From Aplysia californica (Eukaryota), in NCBI RefSeq assembly GCF_000002075.1, contig NW_004797601.1:544330-608329 (forward strand): a stretch of 64,000 nt of DNA, read 5' to 3'. The number at the start of each line of letters is the position of its first letter. The first letter of the stretch is position 1. A program made the translations under genes and the position numbers. Below the pieces are notes generated by a model. The model saw nothing but the letters and a program-made list of their open reading frames with translations, was not told where the DNA came from and ran no database searches. Shown in pieces: positions 62,995-64,000 of the stretch.

Positions 62995-63940
62995 GATCTA
63001 GAGTGCAGTGGAATAGAAATACGATCGACCTCTCACCCCGGATGAGGCTTGCCACTGTAGGCTATTCTCACCCGGTGTGAAACAAGACCTGTTTTTCCTA
63101 ATTTCGGAATACTTTCTATCGATGTGGATGATCAAATGGATAAAAAGGCAAAGAAAAGATTACGTTATATAGCATAAAAGTAAGCTAATTTTATCGACTA
63201 CAAAGATGCTATGGCTATTTCACTTTTCGAATCGAGCCGAACTACGGGGGTCGCCATTTTGTTTTGCCCGGAAGTTCTCGAAAGATCTACTCCTCTCCTC
63301 TTCTCTCTCTCAATCTCTTTCTGAATACTGTATATTGGTGCGGACGATCAAATTGACCAAAATAACAAAGTTAAAAAATGATTTTAAAACACAAAAGTAA
63401 ATTAATTTGGTCGTCTACAAAGATGCTACGCCTATTTAACTTTTCGAATCGAGCCAAACTATGCGGGTCACCATTCTGTTTTGCCCGGAAGTTCTCGCAC
63501 TACTCCTTTCTCTCTCTCTCTCTCTCTCTCCACTGCCCACAGACAAAATTGTATGCTTTTAGTAGGCTAACAGTAGTAATGAAACGTTTGTTCACGGCAC
63601 AGAATTCTACAATTTTTCTGTTATCACAGTGTAGAATTCTGTGGTTTAGGGTGAAAGCAAAATTGGTTGGCCTAGATCTAGGCTATAACGGTGAACGCGC
63701 ACCGGGTGAGAATAACCAAAAGACTCGCCTGCACTATTCTCACCCGGGGTGAGAATAGAGGTGGCCTTTCTGCACGGAAGTGGCTATCCTCACCCGGGGT
63801 GAGAATAAAAATGAGATCGACCTCTCACCCCGGGTGAGACTTGCCAGCATAGACTATTCTCACCCGATGTGAAACAAGATCTGTTTTTCCTAATTTCGGA
63901 CTACTGTCTATCGGTGTGGATGATCAAATTGACAAAAGTT
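62995..63940. repeat. Complex repeat with palindromic CTCACCC(C)GGGGTGAG units and nested direct duplications
   Basis: Block at 63023 recurs at 63815; block at about 63177 recurs at about 63394. Confidence 0.75.
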
Positions 63941-64000
63941 AAGTGGCTTTCTGGCGAGGTGGCGCATGTTTTTTTGTACTGCTTGTACATGTCTTCTCTG

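Overview
AT-rich, repeat-dense animal genomic DNA with 7 assembly gaps, probably from a gastropod or other mollusc (inferred from the repeat landscape only). I reconstructed three spliced genes by hand from splice sites and reading-frame phase. (1) A divergent PDE1-like cyclic-nucleotide phosphodiesterase on the + strand, exons from 2776 to the stop at 19327; its 5' end is not resolved. (2) RAB5IF/C20orf24 (OPTI) on the + strand, 4 exons, 28899-32846, 135 aa. (3) A C20orf96 (DUF4618) homologue on the - strand, 11 coding exons, 61686-41959, 369 aa, with a GT-AG U12-type intron at 58792-55490. Introns and intergenic DNA hold several SINE families, CR1 and RTE LINE 3' ends, and Tc1/mariner-, hAT-, piggyBac- and Kolobok-like MITEs, including two three-level nests. 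The most notable observations are a triplicated terminal splice acceptor that could switch the PDE between a Cys/basic membrane-anchor tail and tail-less forms, a PDE1/PDE4 hybrid nucleotide pocket, the U12 intron, three SINE families sharing one 3' stem-loop tail, and TAGATCTA/TAGGCCTA palindrome clusters next to inferred gene 5' ends. No database searches were run; family assignments rest on recalled motifs.
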